Origin: Candidatus Bathyarchaeota archaeon
Lineage (GTDB): Archaea > Thermoproteota > Bathyarchaeia > 40CM-2-53-6 > RBG-13-38-9
Direction: 5' to 3'
Assembly (NCBI GenBank): GCA_963807605.1
Contig: CAWECG010000001.1
Span: forward strand, 1 to 64,000
DNA length: 64,000 bases
In this document: one piece after another, positions 19,907 through 29,251 of the stretch
Numbering within the stretch: the stretch's first letter is position 1
How the letters are laid out: each line of letters starts with the position of its first letter
Position numbers and translations under genes: made by a program
The notes under the pieces: generated by a model
Told to the model about the DNA's origin: nothing
What the model saw: only the letters and a program-made list of their open reading frames with translations
The model's database searches: none

Positions 19907-20169
19907 TGGTGATGGGATATTCAAATCTACCGACAACGGGCTCACCCGGTCTCTCTCCAAGTCCAGTCGAGCAAGTCCATCATTACATCGCCAAGTCTTG
20001 GACGGATCCCGACGTCAAGATTAGCGTCGAGACCATGAGCAAGGGCGACCCCAAAATCACAGTTGAGATCAAAGGCAACGATGAGAAAGACATCGCCAGG
20101 CGCGTTACTGAGGCTCTTACTCATGTGAAGGCGAAGCTGAAAGAAGCCGGCTACTCGGAGGCTTCCTAA
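19906..20169 (+). CDS. Hypothetical viral protein
   Basis: Coupled ORF with GGAGG RBS. Confidence 0.6.
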   Translation: MVMGYSNLPTTGSPGLSPSPVEQVHHYIAKSWTDPDVKISVETMSKGDPKITVEIKGNDEKDIARRVTEALTHVKAKLKEAGYSEAS

Positions 20170-20272
20170 TGACCCCACGAGACCTAGGTGAAATTCTCGG
20201 CTTGAAGAAATGGCACAAGACTCGAGACTACTATCATCCCCGATCAGAACTTGAGTACATCATGGAGGCGTC

Positions 20273-20857
20273 TTGATTTTGGGTCCAGACCAAATACTGC
20301 CCATTGGGCGCATTGAGCGAACAGACACTCTCTCAATCGGGCCTCACTACCGCAAGCTCTACAGCGGCATCAACCTATTCCTGCCAGACGGCACCCCGAT
20401 GACGACTGAGAACATTAGCACCGTCGCCCTGGCCGCTCAAGCAGAACTCGACGAGCGCATGGACAAATGGGCGGACACACACCTTGCCAAGCCAATTCCT
20501 GAAGCCCCGAAAACTGCCTATGAGCAATTCAAACCGAAAACTCAACCCGTGAACCCACACCAGGACGCAGCCCTAACCGCGCCAGCCCAGACCCGGCAGG
20601 GATCTCTGACGCCCATCCTTCCAGGAAGAGACCCTGATCGAGAAAGAGTTCTTGAGTGGAAGCCTTGGAGCAACCGGCAGGGCTTCTCAATATCTGGCGT
20701 CCACTACCCGGAGCTGGAGGACTTCCTCAGAAAAGGCAACCATGGCAACGAGAATCATTACCGCAGCGAAGATGGGAACGATTACTGGGCTCTGGCGCCG
20801 AGAGCCGGCGACGGCTATGGTCCCTGGGTTATAATGAAAAAGAAGCGGGGGTCCTGA
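20273..20857 (+). CDS. Hypothetical viral protein
   Basis: 194 aa ORF with GGAGG RBS. Confidence 0.6.
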   Translation: MILGPDQILPIGRIERTDTLSIGPHYRKLYSGINLFLPDGTPMTTENISTVALAAQAELDERMDKWADTHLAKPIPEAPKTAYEQFKPKTQPVNPHQDAALTAPAQTRQGSLTPILPGRDPDRERVLEWKPWSNRQGFSISGVHYPELEDFLRKGNHGNENHYRSEDGNDYWALAPRAGDGYGPWVIMKKKRGS

Positions 20858-20860
20858 GAC

Positions 20861-21088
20861 TTGGCTACTGTTCTCTGTGAAGATCAGGATCAAACCGCGC
20901 TCTCCTCAGTTTATCCTAGCGGAAAGGTCGCCCCACCCACCCGAATGATTCCCTGCCAACTCTGCGATAAGGCATTTCTCAGTCAAGTCTCTCTGGCGGA
21001 ACATATTCTCTGGCACATTAGGAAAACACCGACGAACGTGGCGAATGCGCTTGCGAAGGCTTGGTTCAAGGAGGCCTACTTGAAATGA
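20861..21088 (+). CDS. C2H2 zinc-finger protein
   Basis: CQLCDKAF....SLAEHILWH. Confidence 0.7.
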   Translation: MATVLCEDQDQTALSSVYPSGKVAPPTRMIPCQLCDKAFLSQVSLAEHILWHIRKTPTNVANALAKAWFKEAYLK

Positions 21089-21257
21089 GCGAGGAAGCAA
21101 AGTCTGGGAAGGCTATATTGACTGTCCTTGGTGCGGCAAGCCCTCCACCGTCAGAGTTGACAAGGCAACCATAACCCCGGCAGAACCCGCCCAGACGGAG
21201 ATCCTTGTCTCAGTGTCGAAGAGCCCTCAGACCAAGCTCGACGAGGTGGATTAACTC

Positions 21258-21698
21258 GTGACCCTCAACCTCCTCAGCAGCTTCAAGAGAGCAACAGAAC
21301 ACCCAGAATACAAGACCCCCCACTATCAGCCGAACCTTCGGAAGGAAGACCTGCAGCTCTGGCAGTACTGCGTCGTCGACGCCGTCGAAGGAATCATGAA
21401 GGAACAGGGCACCTCCGCCTCTCTGGAGGAGATTTATCAGTGGCTCCTGGACAACCAAGCGAGGCTCCGCCTTCCAGCCGTCCCTCACAGAAGATTCGGC
21501 CTGAACCTGGACCGCCGCGTAGCCGAAGCCGCCCTCTTCGACTCAAAACAGAACTTTTCAATGCTCAGGGGCCTACCCCAGATCCGCGGCATCGGCAAAG
21601 TCAAGGAACTGGAGGGAAACTCCCGCTACATCCTAAACCCCAACCTCTTCCCAGAAGCCGTCCCCCTTCTTCCAAAACAGGAGGATACCGCCTCTTGA
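21258..21698 (+). CDS. Hypothetical protein, possibly winged-helix DNA-binding
   Basis: GAGGTGG RBS; SASLEEIYQWL helix pattern. Confidence 0.55.
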   Translation: MTLNLLSSFKRATEHPEYKTPHYQPNLRKEDLQLWQYCVVDAVEGIMKEQGTSASLEEIYQWLLDNQARLRLPAVPHRRFGLNLDRRVAEAALFDSKQNFSMLRGLPQIRGIGKVKELEGNSRYILNPNLFPEAVPLLPKQEDTAS

Positions 21699-22249
21699 TC
21701 TTCGATAACCGCCCTCATGATGATGATGATGATCTTGTTTTAAACAAACAAACAAACAAACAAACAAACAGAGATCAACTGCAGGGACTCATTAATCCAA
21801 AGAGGCCACACGACGGGTTCGGAATACCGACGGCTCAAATCGGGATTCCCATCCCCAAGACGAAGGCGTGGGATAAGTTGAAGGCAGACCTTCTCATGCT
21901 GGCGGCGCGAGATGATGCTTCCCTGGCTTGGGTCGGCCGGGAGGCCTTGATCGAGTACGCCAAGCGACACTGTCCCGGCAATCCCCAGCTTCCACTAAGC
22001 AACTTCACAGGGAAGGAAGAGTTGAGCGAGGCTGCCAGGGAGAAACTCAAGCCGGCTGAAGAGGCTTACATGGAAGCTGAAAAACCAAAGCTTCAACCAC
22101 TGCCCGACTTCGAGAAGATGACAGATCAGGAGCTCATAGCTTTCTTCCGCAACCCCCGAACTGACTACGCCACCCAAGTAATAGCTGGATATGAAATTCA
22201 GCGGCGCGGCATAGACTTGAAAAAGGGCGTTTACCGGATGCTCTATTGA
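21695..22249 (+). CDS. RHH-like protein with microsatellite-encoded N-terminus (probable TTG start 21695)
   Basis: GGAGGA RBS and TTGA overlap; QIGIPIPK...LAARDDASLAWVGREALIEY resembles an RHH domain. Confidence 0.6.
   Translation: MIFDNRPHDDDDDLVLNKQTNKQTNRDQLQGLINPKRPHDGFGIPTAQIGIPIPKTKAWDKLKADLLMLAARDDASLAWVGREALIEYAKRHCPGNPQLPLSNFTGKEELSEAAREKLKPAEEAYMEAEKPKLQPLPDFEKMTDQELIAFFRNPRTDYATQVIAGYEIQRRGIDLKKGVYRMLY
21719..21769. repeat. (GAT)5 and (AAAC)7 simple sequence repeats
   Basis: Read directly at 21719-21733 and 21742-21769. Confidence 0.95.
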
Positions 22250-22647
22250 AGCCTGAACTATGCGCTAATGGCTGCGGTAGAAAGGTCGTTGGGAAGTTGA
22301 AGTACTGCGAAGTCTGCAGAAAAGTCCTCTTCAACAAGGCAATGGCCCGCATCAAGACAGCGCCTGCAACAGCCCAGAAAACCCCGCCCAGCGATCTATA
22401 CTTCAATCCTCGGCTATGTCTGAATCTTTCAAAACTAGCTCAAGAAGACAAAAAGAGGCATAAATCAGCCGAATTGCAGACTCGTGTTAAGAAAGCTTCT
22501 AGCCCTGATGGGGCACCCTCACACTTCTCCAGCTTACCGAAATGCACCATGCCAACCGTGGAGAATGTACTGGAGGAATCATGGAGGGTGCAGAATTGTA
22601 TTGGAAAGCGGCCTGAAATTTTTTTGGGGGTTTCCAGCCTTGTCTAG
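22246..22647 (+). CDS. Hypothetical Zn-binding protein
   Basis: CANGC...YCEVC. Confidence 0.55.
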   Translation: MKPELCANGCGRKVVGKLKYCEVCRKVLFNKAMARIKTAPATAQKTPPSDLYFNPRLCLNLSKLAQEDKKRHKSAELQTRVKKASSPDGAPSHFSSLPKCTMPTVENVLEESWRVQNCIGKRPEIFLGVSSLV

Positions 22648-22903
22648 GGAAGTTGACCTAGTTCCAACGGGCAAACGGAAGCTGGAGCGAACAATCAATG
22701 AGGTCATTCGCGGCGTCCGACGTCTCCGCATCGAAGTACAGAAGATGAGAGCCACCTTCCCAGCTGAGCTCAGCGTCAGAGGTAACAGCTACTATTTGAA
22801 AGTGCCTCCCAACGTTGTTCACCACTACCAACTCCTCGCCGGCGACTCGGTCGAGGTCCGCCTTCTCGAGGTCCGACGAATAAATCCTGAGGCGGAGGAC
22901 TAG
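22640..22903 (+). CDS. AbrB/MazE-like swapped-hairpin DNA-binding protein (probable TTG start 22640)
   Basis: RGNSYYLKVPPNVVHHYQLLAGDSVEV. Confidence 0.7.
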   Translation: MSREVDLVPTGKRKLERTINEVIRGVRRLRIEVQKMRATFPAELSVRGNSYYLKVPPNVVHHYQLLAGDSVEVRLLEVRRINPEAED

Positions 22904-23019
22904 CATTTGGTTTGTACCAGGAAGTGCGACTTAGAAGCTGAGATTCAAGAGCTGATGAAGAAGCACAACTTGACACGACAACAGTCTTTGGAACGATTAA
23001 GGAAGGCAGGATACTAGAA

Positions 23020-23265
23020 ATGACAACGATTACCTGGCGAAGTTTTGAGGATACCAAGAAAGTCTCTCAGCAAGAGGTAGACGAACTCATCAACCGAGCT
23101 GTCAATCAGTCTGCTAATTCTAGAATGGATCCTTGGATTCAGACTGGAGACACAATCATCTTCGCTCACCGCTACACAGACGGATCTATTGAGATCATGG
23201 ACTGTCGGCTGCGACGGATAGGATATGTTGAAGGCTGGAAAGGCAATGAGGCGACGAGGCAATGA
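23020..23265 (+). CDS. Hypothetical viral protein
   Basis: Coupled ORF. Confidence 0.55.
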   Translation: MTTITWRSFEDTKKVSQQEVDELINRAVNQSANSRMDPWIQTGDTIIFAHRYTDGSIEIMDCRLRRIGYVEGWKGNEATRQ

Positions 23266-23591
23266 ATCGCACCCTGCAGGATGAAGTAACCTCAAACAAT
23301 GACCGGCTCTGGCCTGAATGGAGAGATGTTCCTCATTGGTACTGGGTTCTTTGCATCTCTGGAGAAGCGGGCGAGTTGGCGAATAAGCTGAAGAAAATCT
23401 TTAGAGCAGAATGGGGCTGGCGTGGAAAGACAGCAAAGTTTGATGATTTAGTGGAAGAACTTGCGGACATTCAAATCTACCTCTATCTCTTAGCTGGAAA
23501 ACTTTCAATCAATCTTGAGAAAGAGACACAGAAAAAGATCGGAATAGTCAATGATCGCTTCGGCTGGAAGATTCAGGAGTTCCCAAAATGA
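23262..23591 (+). CDS. MazG-like NTP pyrophosphohydrolase
   Basis: GEAGELANKLKK...EELADIQIY (ExxE...EExD). Confidence 0.85.
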   Translation: MNRTLQDEVTSNNDRLWPEWRDVPHWYWVLCISGEAGELANKLKKIFRAEWGWRGKTAKFDDLVEELADIQIYLYLLAGKLSINLEKETQKKIGIVNDRFGWKIQEFPK

Positions 23592-23908
23592 AGAAATACG
23601 TTCGAGTTGCGCAGCGTCATCACGTCAGCTACGATCCTGAAGTCACCGTCATAATCTACCGAAGCGAACATGAAGTAATCACCAAACTAGTCCGCCTCTT
23701 GAAGTCAAGACCCAGCGAGGACTTCCTAGTCATCCTCGGTAAGATGGGTGAGATATTCCGTGAGAAGTGGAATCGGGAGCAGGAGGATTCGCAGAGGCGA
23801 CCTTTGACGCAGAAGCAGATGGAAGACCTCTACAGCGCACAGCAAGAAGCCAGCAAGAGACGCCGACGAGAGCGTAGACAGCAAAAGAAGTTGGAGTCAA
23901 AGACATGA
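23588..23908 (+). CDS. Hypothetical viral protein
   Basis: Coupled ORF. Confidence 0.55.
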   Translation: MKKYVRVAQRHHVSYDPEVTVIIYRSEHEVITKLVRLLKSRPSEDFLVILGKMGEIFREKWNREQEDSQRRPLTQKQMEDLYSAQQEASKRRRRERRQQKKLESKT

Positions 23909-24564
23909 CAACAGCCAAGGAGATTCTTCAACATGTAGATCTCCAGATAAGAAATATTCCCACCTCGCAGATCGACCAGGCTCCCGTCCAGCTTAGAAGA
24001 TTAGACATTGGCATCATGGAGGACATAGCTAACTCAGTCGATCAGGTTGGATGGCTGCAACCTATTCTCGTCCGCCCCAAAGGCGAACGGTTTGAAGTTG
24101 TCTTTGGGAATCACCGGCTGGAAGTTGGAAAGCAGCGCGGACTGGCGACTATGCCGTGCATCGTCAAGGACCTCGACGATGACGAGTCTTCTCTCACCGC
24201 GATTATTGAAAACTCTCAGAGAAACAATCACCTAGACCCGGCGAAGGAAGGCGAGATCTTCAACGACCTCTGCAACAAGTCGTGGACCGTGGAAAACATT
24301 GCGATAAAGATCGGTAAGAAGTCTGGGTACGTCTATAAGCGATTATACATCTACCGCAACTTACACGCAAAACTACTCGGCAAAGTATCGTCGAGACATC
24401 TGAACGTTGATGTGGCGGAGCAAATCGCCCGGTTCCCACTCGGCGAGCAACTAGAGATCGCAAAGAAATACATGAAAACCAGAGACCGCGTAAAGGCGGG
24501 CATCGGCAAATGCTACCACTGCCCAATCCACTGCCCCAAGACGGATTATGTTGGCTTTGTGTAG
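23905..24564 (+). CDS. ParB/Spo0J-like protein
   Basis: GWLQPILVRP, FEVVFGNHRL, IIENSQR, followed by an HTH. Confidence 0.85.
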   Translation: MTTAKEILQHVDLQIRNIPTSQIDQAPVQLRRLDIGIMEDIANSVDQVGWLQPILVRPKGERFEVVFGNHRLEVGKQRGLATMPCIVKDLDDDESSLTAIIENSQRNNHLDPAKEGEIFNDLCNKSWTVENIAIKIGKKSGYVYKRLYIYRNLHAKLLGKVSSRHLNVDVAEQIARFPLGEQLEIAKKYMKTRDRVKAGIGKCYHCPIHCPKTDYVGFV

Positions 24565-24986
24565 GGTGTAACATTTTGGGCTACAGAAATAATATCACAA
24601 GCTACGCGCGGGCCGAGAGTCAAGGCGAACATCAACTCCGAGAAGAATTTGCTAAAGCTGGATTGCACCCGCAATTCAATCGACCCCTAGACTGCTACGT
24701 CACAGAATCCGACATGGAGTTTTACCCCGGCTACAAGTATGAGATCCTTCAGGGATGGCCCGCCCTCGTCGTATTCGTCGACGGACCCCACCACGCCACG
24801 GATAAATTCCTAGAACGAGACGCCAAACTGACAGAACTCATCGAAAGCCCCTATCAAAAGGAATACCGTCGAAAGGTTGTCAGGGTTGAGAATTGGAAGG
24901 GCAGCCTACTCACGCAGAAACAGATCTGTGAAGCAATCGAGGAAGTCCAACAATACGTGCGACCACTCAGGAAAGGGGCGAAATAA
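24510..24986 (+). CDS. DUF559/Vsr-like endonuclease
   Basis: SQGEHQL, LVVFVDGPHH...RDAKL, KVVRV. Confidence 0.6.
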   Translation: MLPLPNPLPQDGLCWLCVGCNILGYRNNITSYARAESQGEHQLREEFAKAGLHPQFNRPLDCYVTESDMEFYPGYKYEILQGWPALVVFVDGPHHATDKFLERDAKLTELIESPYQKEYRRKVVRVENWKGSLLTQKQICEAIEEVQQYVRPLRKGAK

Positions 24987-25303
24987 TGGACGTCGTCGAA
25001 TGGCTTATGCTTGCTCGTGAAGTCACCAACACCAGGAGAAAGCAGGTTGGACCCCACTTGGGGGATCCCGTTGAATCCCTGAAGAAACTCAAGGAAGAGG
25101 TTAAGGAACTTAAGGAAGCTATCAAGCACGGCCACAACTCGCCCCCCCGAGAGAACCTGGATGAGATGTGGGACGTCATCCATGCGGTCCTGATGGTTGG
25201 TCACGACCTGAACTTCTCTAACGACTACCTAGCACGAGGACTATTCGAAAACCTGAGGAAGATCGAAAGACGAGCGGGCATCCTTGAAAAGGCAGGAGAC
25301 TAA
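24986..25303 (+). CDS. Second MazG-like pyrophosphohydrolase
   Basis: KLKEEVKELKEAI...DEMWDV. Confidence 0.7.
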   Translation: MDVVEWLMLAREVTNTRRKQVGPHLGDPVESLKKLKEEVKELKEAIKHGHNSPPRENLDEMWDVIHAVLMVGHDLNFSNDYLARGLFENLRKIERRAGILEKAGD

Positions 25304-25308
25304 CTGAA

Positions 25309-25476
25309 ATGACTGATTATCCTACTAGCGCAATCTATAATCGCCGGGCAACACAAATTCCTGTCAAGAGTGCTGAGCAACTCAATGCGGAAGACGGTGA
25401 CAGATTGATATGGAAATGGGATCCAGCCTCGCAGAAGATGATAGTTGAGGTTTGGAAAAAGCCCAGTAATCCCTGA
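25309..25476 (+). CDS. Small AbrB-like protein (55 aa, not in the ORF track)
   Basis: TQIPVKSAEQLNAEDGDRLIW. Confidence 0.55.
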   Translation: MTDYPTSAIYNRRATQIPVKSAEQLNAEDGDRLIWKWDPASQKMIVEVWKKPSNP

Positions 25477-25563
25477 ATCCTCGAATCACCTTAAATTGCT
25501 TTTCTTCCACCTTCTTCTTCAATATGATCCTTCCCCTAAACTCACCCGCCTAGAAAAGGTGGA

Positions 25564-25923
25564 TTGTCTTTAGAGGAATCTCTGATGCCACATAAACACT
25601 TGATGGGTAGTGGATGGCAGAAAAAACAAACCGCAAGAGGACGCGCCCTCGAAATTCTGGAATCTGACGAAGAACACTACATCTTCAAGGATAATGTTGA
25701 GAGTAAAGGCGAGGAAGTCCTCATCGCAACCCTCCCCGAGCTTGATATGAATCAGGGCGAGGTTCTAAGAGATCCCAAAGTGAAAAGCACCCGCAACCTC
25801 GGCCATGGTTACGAGCATCCAAACTACTCAATCTACTGTGACTATTTTAGCAGGCGACTCAGCGAGCTAACGGATTATCTGCGGCAGCGAGAGCGACCTG
25901 TTATCATGGTTGCTCAGCGTTGA
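25564..25923 (+). CDS. Hypothetical viral protein
   Basis: 119 aa ORF with AGGTGG RBS. Confidence 0.55.
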   Translation: MSLEESLMPHKHLMGSGWQKKQTARGRALEILESDEEHYIFKDNVESKGEEVLIATLPELDMNQGEVLRDPKVKSTRNLGHGYEHPNYSIYCDYFSRRLSELTDYLRQRERPVIMVAQR

Positions 25924-25929
25924 CTTCGA

Positions 25930-26691
25930 TTGAAAAACAAGGCTCTCGTAGTCATAAATGATCTACACTCTGGAAGCAAGTATGGGCCTATTCCTCCACG
26001 ATGGCGGCAAAGCGACCGTTCACTAGCACCTGGAACCGAGGCTAACCATTGGATCTATGAGAAGTTTGAATCCTCAGCCGAGGAGTTCAAGAAACCCGAC
26101 ATCCTAGTCTGTAATGGCGACATCACAGACGGCCACCAACACATCAACTACGGCCGGGAAGTCTGGGCGACAGACGCAATCGACCAGATTAAGCTTGGCG
26201 AATACCTAATCAGCCTTTATCAACCAAAAGAACTCTACATCGTGTACGGATCCCCCTATCACGTGCAGTATCAGGGTTTACAGGTTGAAAGGTTCATCGC
26301 AAGGTCGCTAAAAGCTAAAGGAGCCGGATGGCGTCTCAGACGAGAACTCGGCGGAACAACCTGCAGTATCGCACATCACATCACTGTAAGTTCTACGAGT
26401 TGGCAGTATCGGCTTACCCCACTCGGCATCCAAATGGTTCTCGATCGCCTGCAGAATGAGGATAAATCCGCTAATCTAATCTGTAGAGCTCATGCTCACT
26501 ACTATGGTTTTTGTGGTTTCGCTCACCAATTAGCCATCATAGTTCCCGGCTATCAAGGTCAGACTCCTTACGGTGCTATGAAGCAGCCTGAAGTCCGCCC
26601 GAAGATTGGCATGGTCGCCATTGAATTGCCCAGCCTAGATTTTACTTCGAGAACATGTGACGGACCAATTCTTGAGATGGAGGAGCCTTGA
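25930..26691 (+). CDS. Calcineurin-like metallophosphoesterase
   Basis: DLHSG, NGD, H, AHAH motifs. Confidence 0.8.
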   Translation: MKNKALVVINDLHSGSKYGPIPPRWRQSDRSLAPGTEANHWIYEKFESSAEEFKKPDILVCNGDITDGHQHINYGREVWATDAIDQIKLGEYLISLYQPKELYIVYGSPYHVQYQGLQVERFIARSLKAKGAGWRLRRELGGTTCSIAHHITVSSTSWQYRLTPLGIQMVLDRLQNEDKSANLICRAHAHYYGFCGFAHQLAIIVPGYQGQTPYGAMKQPEVRPKIGMVAIELPSLDFTSRTCDGPILEMEEP

Positions 26692-26981
26692 AGAAGGATC
26701 GTCCGCCTCCCAGCTTTCCGCGAGAGGATCCACCTGACTTTGATAAGGCTCTTGAACAATTAAGAGAGGATGCTAAACAGTATGTTCGAGTTGTAGACCG
26801 ACCGTGGACTGAGAAGGAAGAGGAAATCCTGCGGGAAATTCATGATAAAGTTCCTGCTAAGCAGATTGCTGAGCGATTACGTCGAACAGGGCCCTCAATT
26901 GATCATAAACTTCACAGAATGAATCTCGGTAAGAGGGCAATTGGAATTAGACTCTACCGTAAAAGAGATCCTGCACAATAA
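26688..26981 (+). CDS. Myb/HTH-like DNA-binding protein
   Basis: RPWTEKEEEIL...IAERLRRT..SI. Confidence 0.65.
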   Translation: MKKDRPPPSFPREDPPDFDKALEQLREDAKQYVRVVDRPWTEKEEEILREIHDKVPAKQIAERLRRTGPSIDHKLHRMNLGKRAIGIRLYRKRDPAQ

Positions 26982-27034
26982 TTATGCATAGAATTATGCA
27001 TGTAGATGCATAGTCAAGTCTTTGGCATGAGTAA

Positions 27035-27300
27035 CGCCTGTAGGATTAATTCTACAGGGAGCCGAAGGAACCTATCGACCCACAATAATGGGATCATCTC
27101 AAGTTCATGGGATCATAATGGGTGTCTTAAACCGAGAAAGCCGGACAATCCCGAGGAGTGTCGTCGACCTCTAGGGAATCTCCGCTTACAAAAAAATCGC
27201 ATTATTACTAAAACCGGCTTCGGGAGTTAAGACATCCGCCTTCTAATCACCCCTTAATTTGTACCGATGACCCCAGCGGGAGAGACTGGAAAGTCCCGCC
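27035..27300 (+). ncRNA. Candidate structured RNA or leader upstream of the PLD/protease operon
   Basis: Nested helices 27120-30/27227-37, 27138-44/27214-20, 27150-56/27168-76; hairpins 27037-58 and 27276-99. Confidence 0.45.
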
Positions 27301-27329
27301 ACTTTTATTCTTGTTATGAGGTAAAAAAA

Positions 27330-27878
27330 ATGGTAAAGAAGCAATCAGTAGATTTTGAAACTCTAAGAGCAGTTACGTTAGACCTAGCCTTCAGCCCTAA
27401 CGGTGACGTTGAGAAGAAGCTTACTGCTCAGCTTCAGGCGAATAAGAAAACTCTCGACCTTGCCATGTACTCCTTCACGAATACAAGGCTAGAACAGGTA
27501 ATAGAAGCAAGAGCCAAAGCAGGAGTCACAACCCGAATCATCTTCGATAAGGGTTGCACAACTGGCTCACAAGCCAAGATTCATGACCGACTCGCAAAAA
27601 CACCCAACATTACCGTCCGACTCTGCAATCCCATCGGTTACATAATGCATGACAAGTACGGCATCCACGACGGCCAGGCTGTCACAACTGGATCGTACAA
27701 TTGGACGTTTAGCGCTCAAATTGGCAACTTCGAGAACGAAATAATCACAGACGATCCCGACGCAGTTCTAGCCTACCAGCAGAACTTCGAGACAGTCTGG
27801 GGAAAGTCGAAGAGCGAGGCACGGACCCTCAGAGGGGTTAGGCGATTTTTCCGACGTTTCACGGTGACTAGATTATGA
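27330..27878 (+). CDS. Phospholipase D/Nuc-family protein with a single HKD motif (probable ATG 27330)
   Basis: FSP, LAMYSFT, MHDKYGIHD...TGSYNWT...NFEN; GAGGT RBS. Confidence 0.88.
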   Translation: MVKKQSVDFETLRAVTLDLAFSPNGDVEKKLTAQLQANKKTLDLAMYSFTNTRLEQVIEARAKAGVTTRIIFDKGCTTGSQAKIHDRLAKTPNITVRLCNPIGYIMHDKYGIHDGQAVTTGSYNWTFSAQIGNFENEIITDDPDAVLAYQQNFETVWGKSKSEARTLRGVRRFFRRFTVTRL

Positions 27879-29251
27879 AGAAACATTATAAACCATGGAG
27901 ATTAGGAAACCTGCTCACCGCAGGATACCTCTTCACCAGGTACTCCGACTACGTCTGTCATGACTGCATGAACCGCTTCCCTCGAGGCTTCAGAGGACGG
28001 GGAAGGCTGGTCAGCTTGCGGCATCGAGGCGACCACCACGTCACCGGGTTTGGACTAAGAGGCCTAGTTCCGCTCGTTCATCCGTCACTCAAGCAATACC
28101 TTGTTTCTCTGGACTACCTGAGAAGCCTTGTCACGGATACAGCCGGTACACCAATCTGGAATCCAACCAAAGAACAGAGAGAAGCCGCAGCAGCCGCAGG
28201 CGACATTGATTACAGTAGCGTCTACGAGAATGCAGGTTATCCTCACGACGATGACCAGGGAAGACAGGGCAGCTGCACCGCTTGGGACCTGATTCATCAC
28301 CTGATATACTGGCTCATCAAGAAGCTCGGAAAGTTCGCGGGAGTAATCCTGTCCGCCGCCTACGCCTACAGCTGGATAAGGAAGCGCGGAGGCCTCAGCA
28401 CCACTCAGGACACCGGCGGCAACATGATCGACGTCTGCTACACTGAGGTTGAGAGAGGATGCTGCTGGAACCCAACTATGCCTTACTCCGACACAAACTG
28501 CTCTAAGAAACCATCCGCGGCAGCCGAGACGGAAGCGGCAACCAACAAACTGCCGGCCGGCACAAAAATTGAGCGTGTTCTACCTGGAGACTTCAAAGCA
28601 GCGCTCCTCGCGACTGGAGGCCCGATTAACGGAGGGATCCCCGTCGACAACGCCTTTGAGAACGCAGTGATCGGGGGCTGGGTGACAAGCCCGGACGTGA
28701 ACAAGCCAGCTTCACGAATCAAAAGGTTCATCCGGTGGCTTCTACGGCCCCGCGGGATCCTCGGCTACCACGCCGTGGACATCGTGGGAGTTGTAACCCT
28801 GACTGCGCCTGACGGCTCGACTGGCGAGTTCGTCAAGCTGAAGAATAGCTGGGGCGACACCGGCGATCACAGCTACTGGAAACTATTCAAGACTTGGATA
28901 ACCAGCTACATCAACGACATCGAGGCCTACAAGATCACCGTTCCAACTCCCACACCGACTACTCAGTATACCCTGACGGTTCAGAAGACGGGGCAGGGAA
29001 CTATCAAGCCCTATGACGCAGGAAGCTACAAGCTAGACGCTGGAACCCAAGTAATCCTAACTCCCACAGCTGCAACAGGATATGCTTTCAGTTCTTGGAG
29101 CGGAGACGTCACAAGCACAAACCCCTCTTTAACAATCACAATGACGAAAGACATGACTGTAACTGCGACTTTCATCTCTACTACTCCGACGCCGGCGAAG
29201 GCCACTATCACGTTGAACCTGGATAAGACCGTATCGGGAAGTTGGTCTTGA
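27875..29251 (+). CDS. Papain-like (C1) cysteine peptidase with C-terminal InlB B-repeat-like domain
   Basis: DQGRQGSCTAW, GYHAVDIVG, KNSWG; PTPTPT linker; YTLTV...GYAFSSWSGD...VTATF. Confidence 0.88.
   Translation: MKKHYKPWRLGNLLTAGYLFTRYSDYVCHDCMNRFPRGFRGRGRLVSLRHRGDHHVTGFGLRGLVPLVHPSLKQYLVSLDYLRSLVTDTAGTPIWNPTKEQREAAAAAGDIDYSSVYENAGYPHDDDQGRQGSCTAWDLIHHLIYWLIKKLGKFAGVILSAAYAYSWIRKRGGLSTTQDTGGNMIDVCYTEVERGCCWNPTMPYSDTNCSKKPSAAAETEAATNKLPAGTKIERVLPGDFKAALLATGGPINGGIPVDNAFENAVIGGWVTSPDVNKPASRIKRFIRWLLRPRGILGYHAVDIVGVVTLTAPDGSTGEFVKLKNSWGDTGDHSYWKLFKTWITSYINDIEAYKITVPTPTPTTQYTLTVQKTGQGTIKPYDAGSYKLDAGTQVILTPTAATGYAFSSWSGDVTSTNPSLTITMTKDMTVTATFISTTPTPAKATITLNLDKTVSGSWS

Noticed and set aside
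21440-21694. N-terminal 85 aa of ORF 21440-22249
   Set aside because: Overlaps ORF 21258-21698 in another frame; a better RBS and TTG start lie at 21695.
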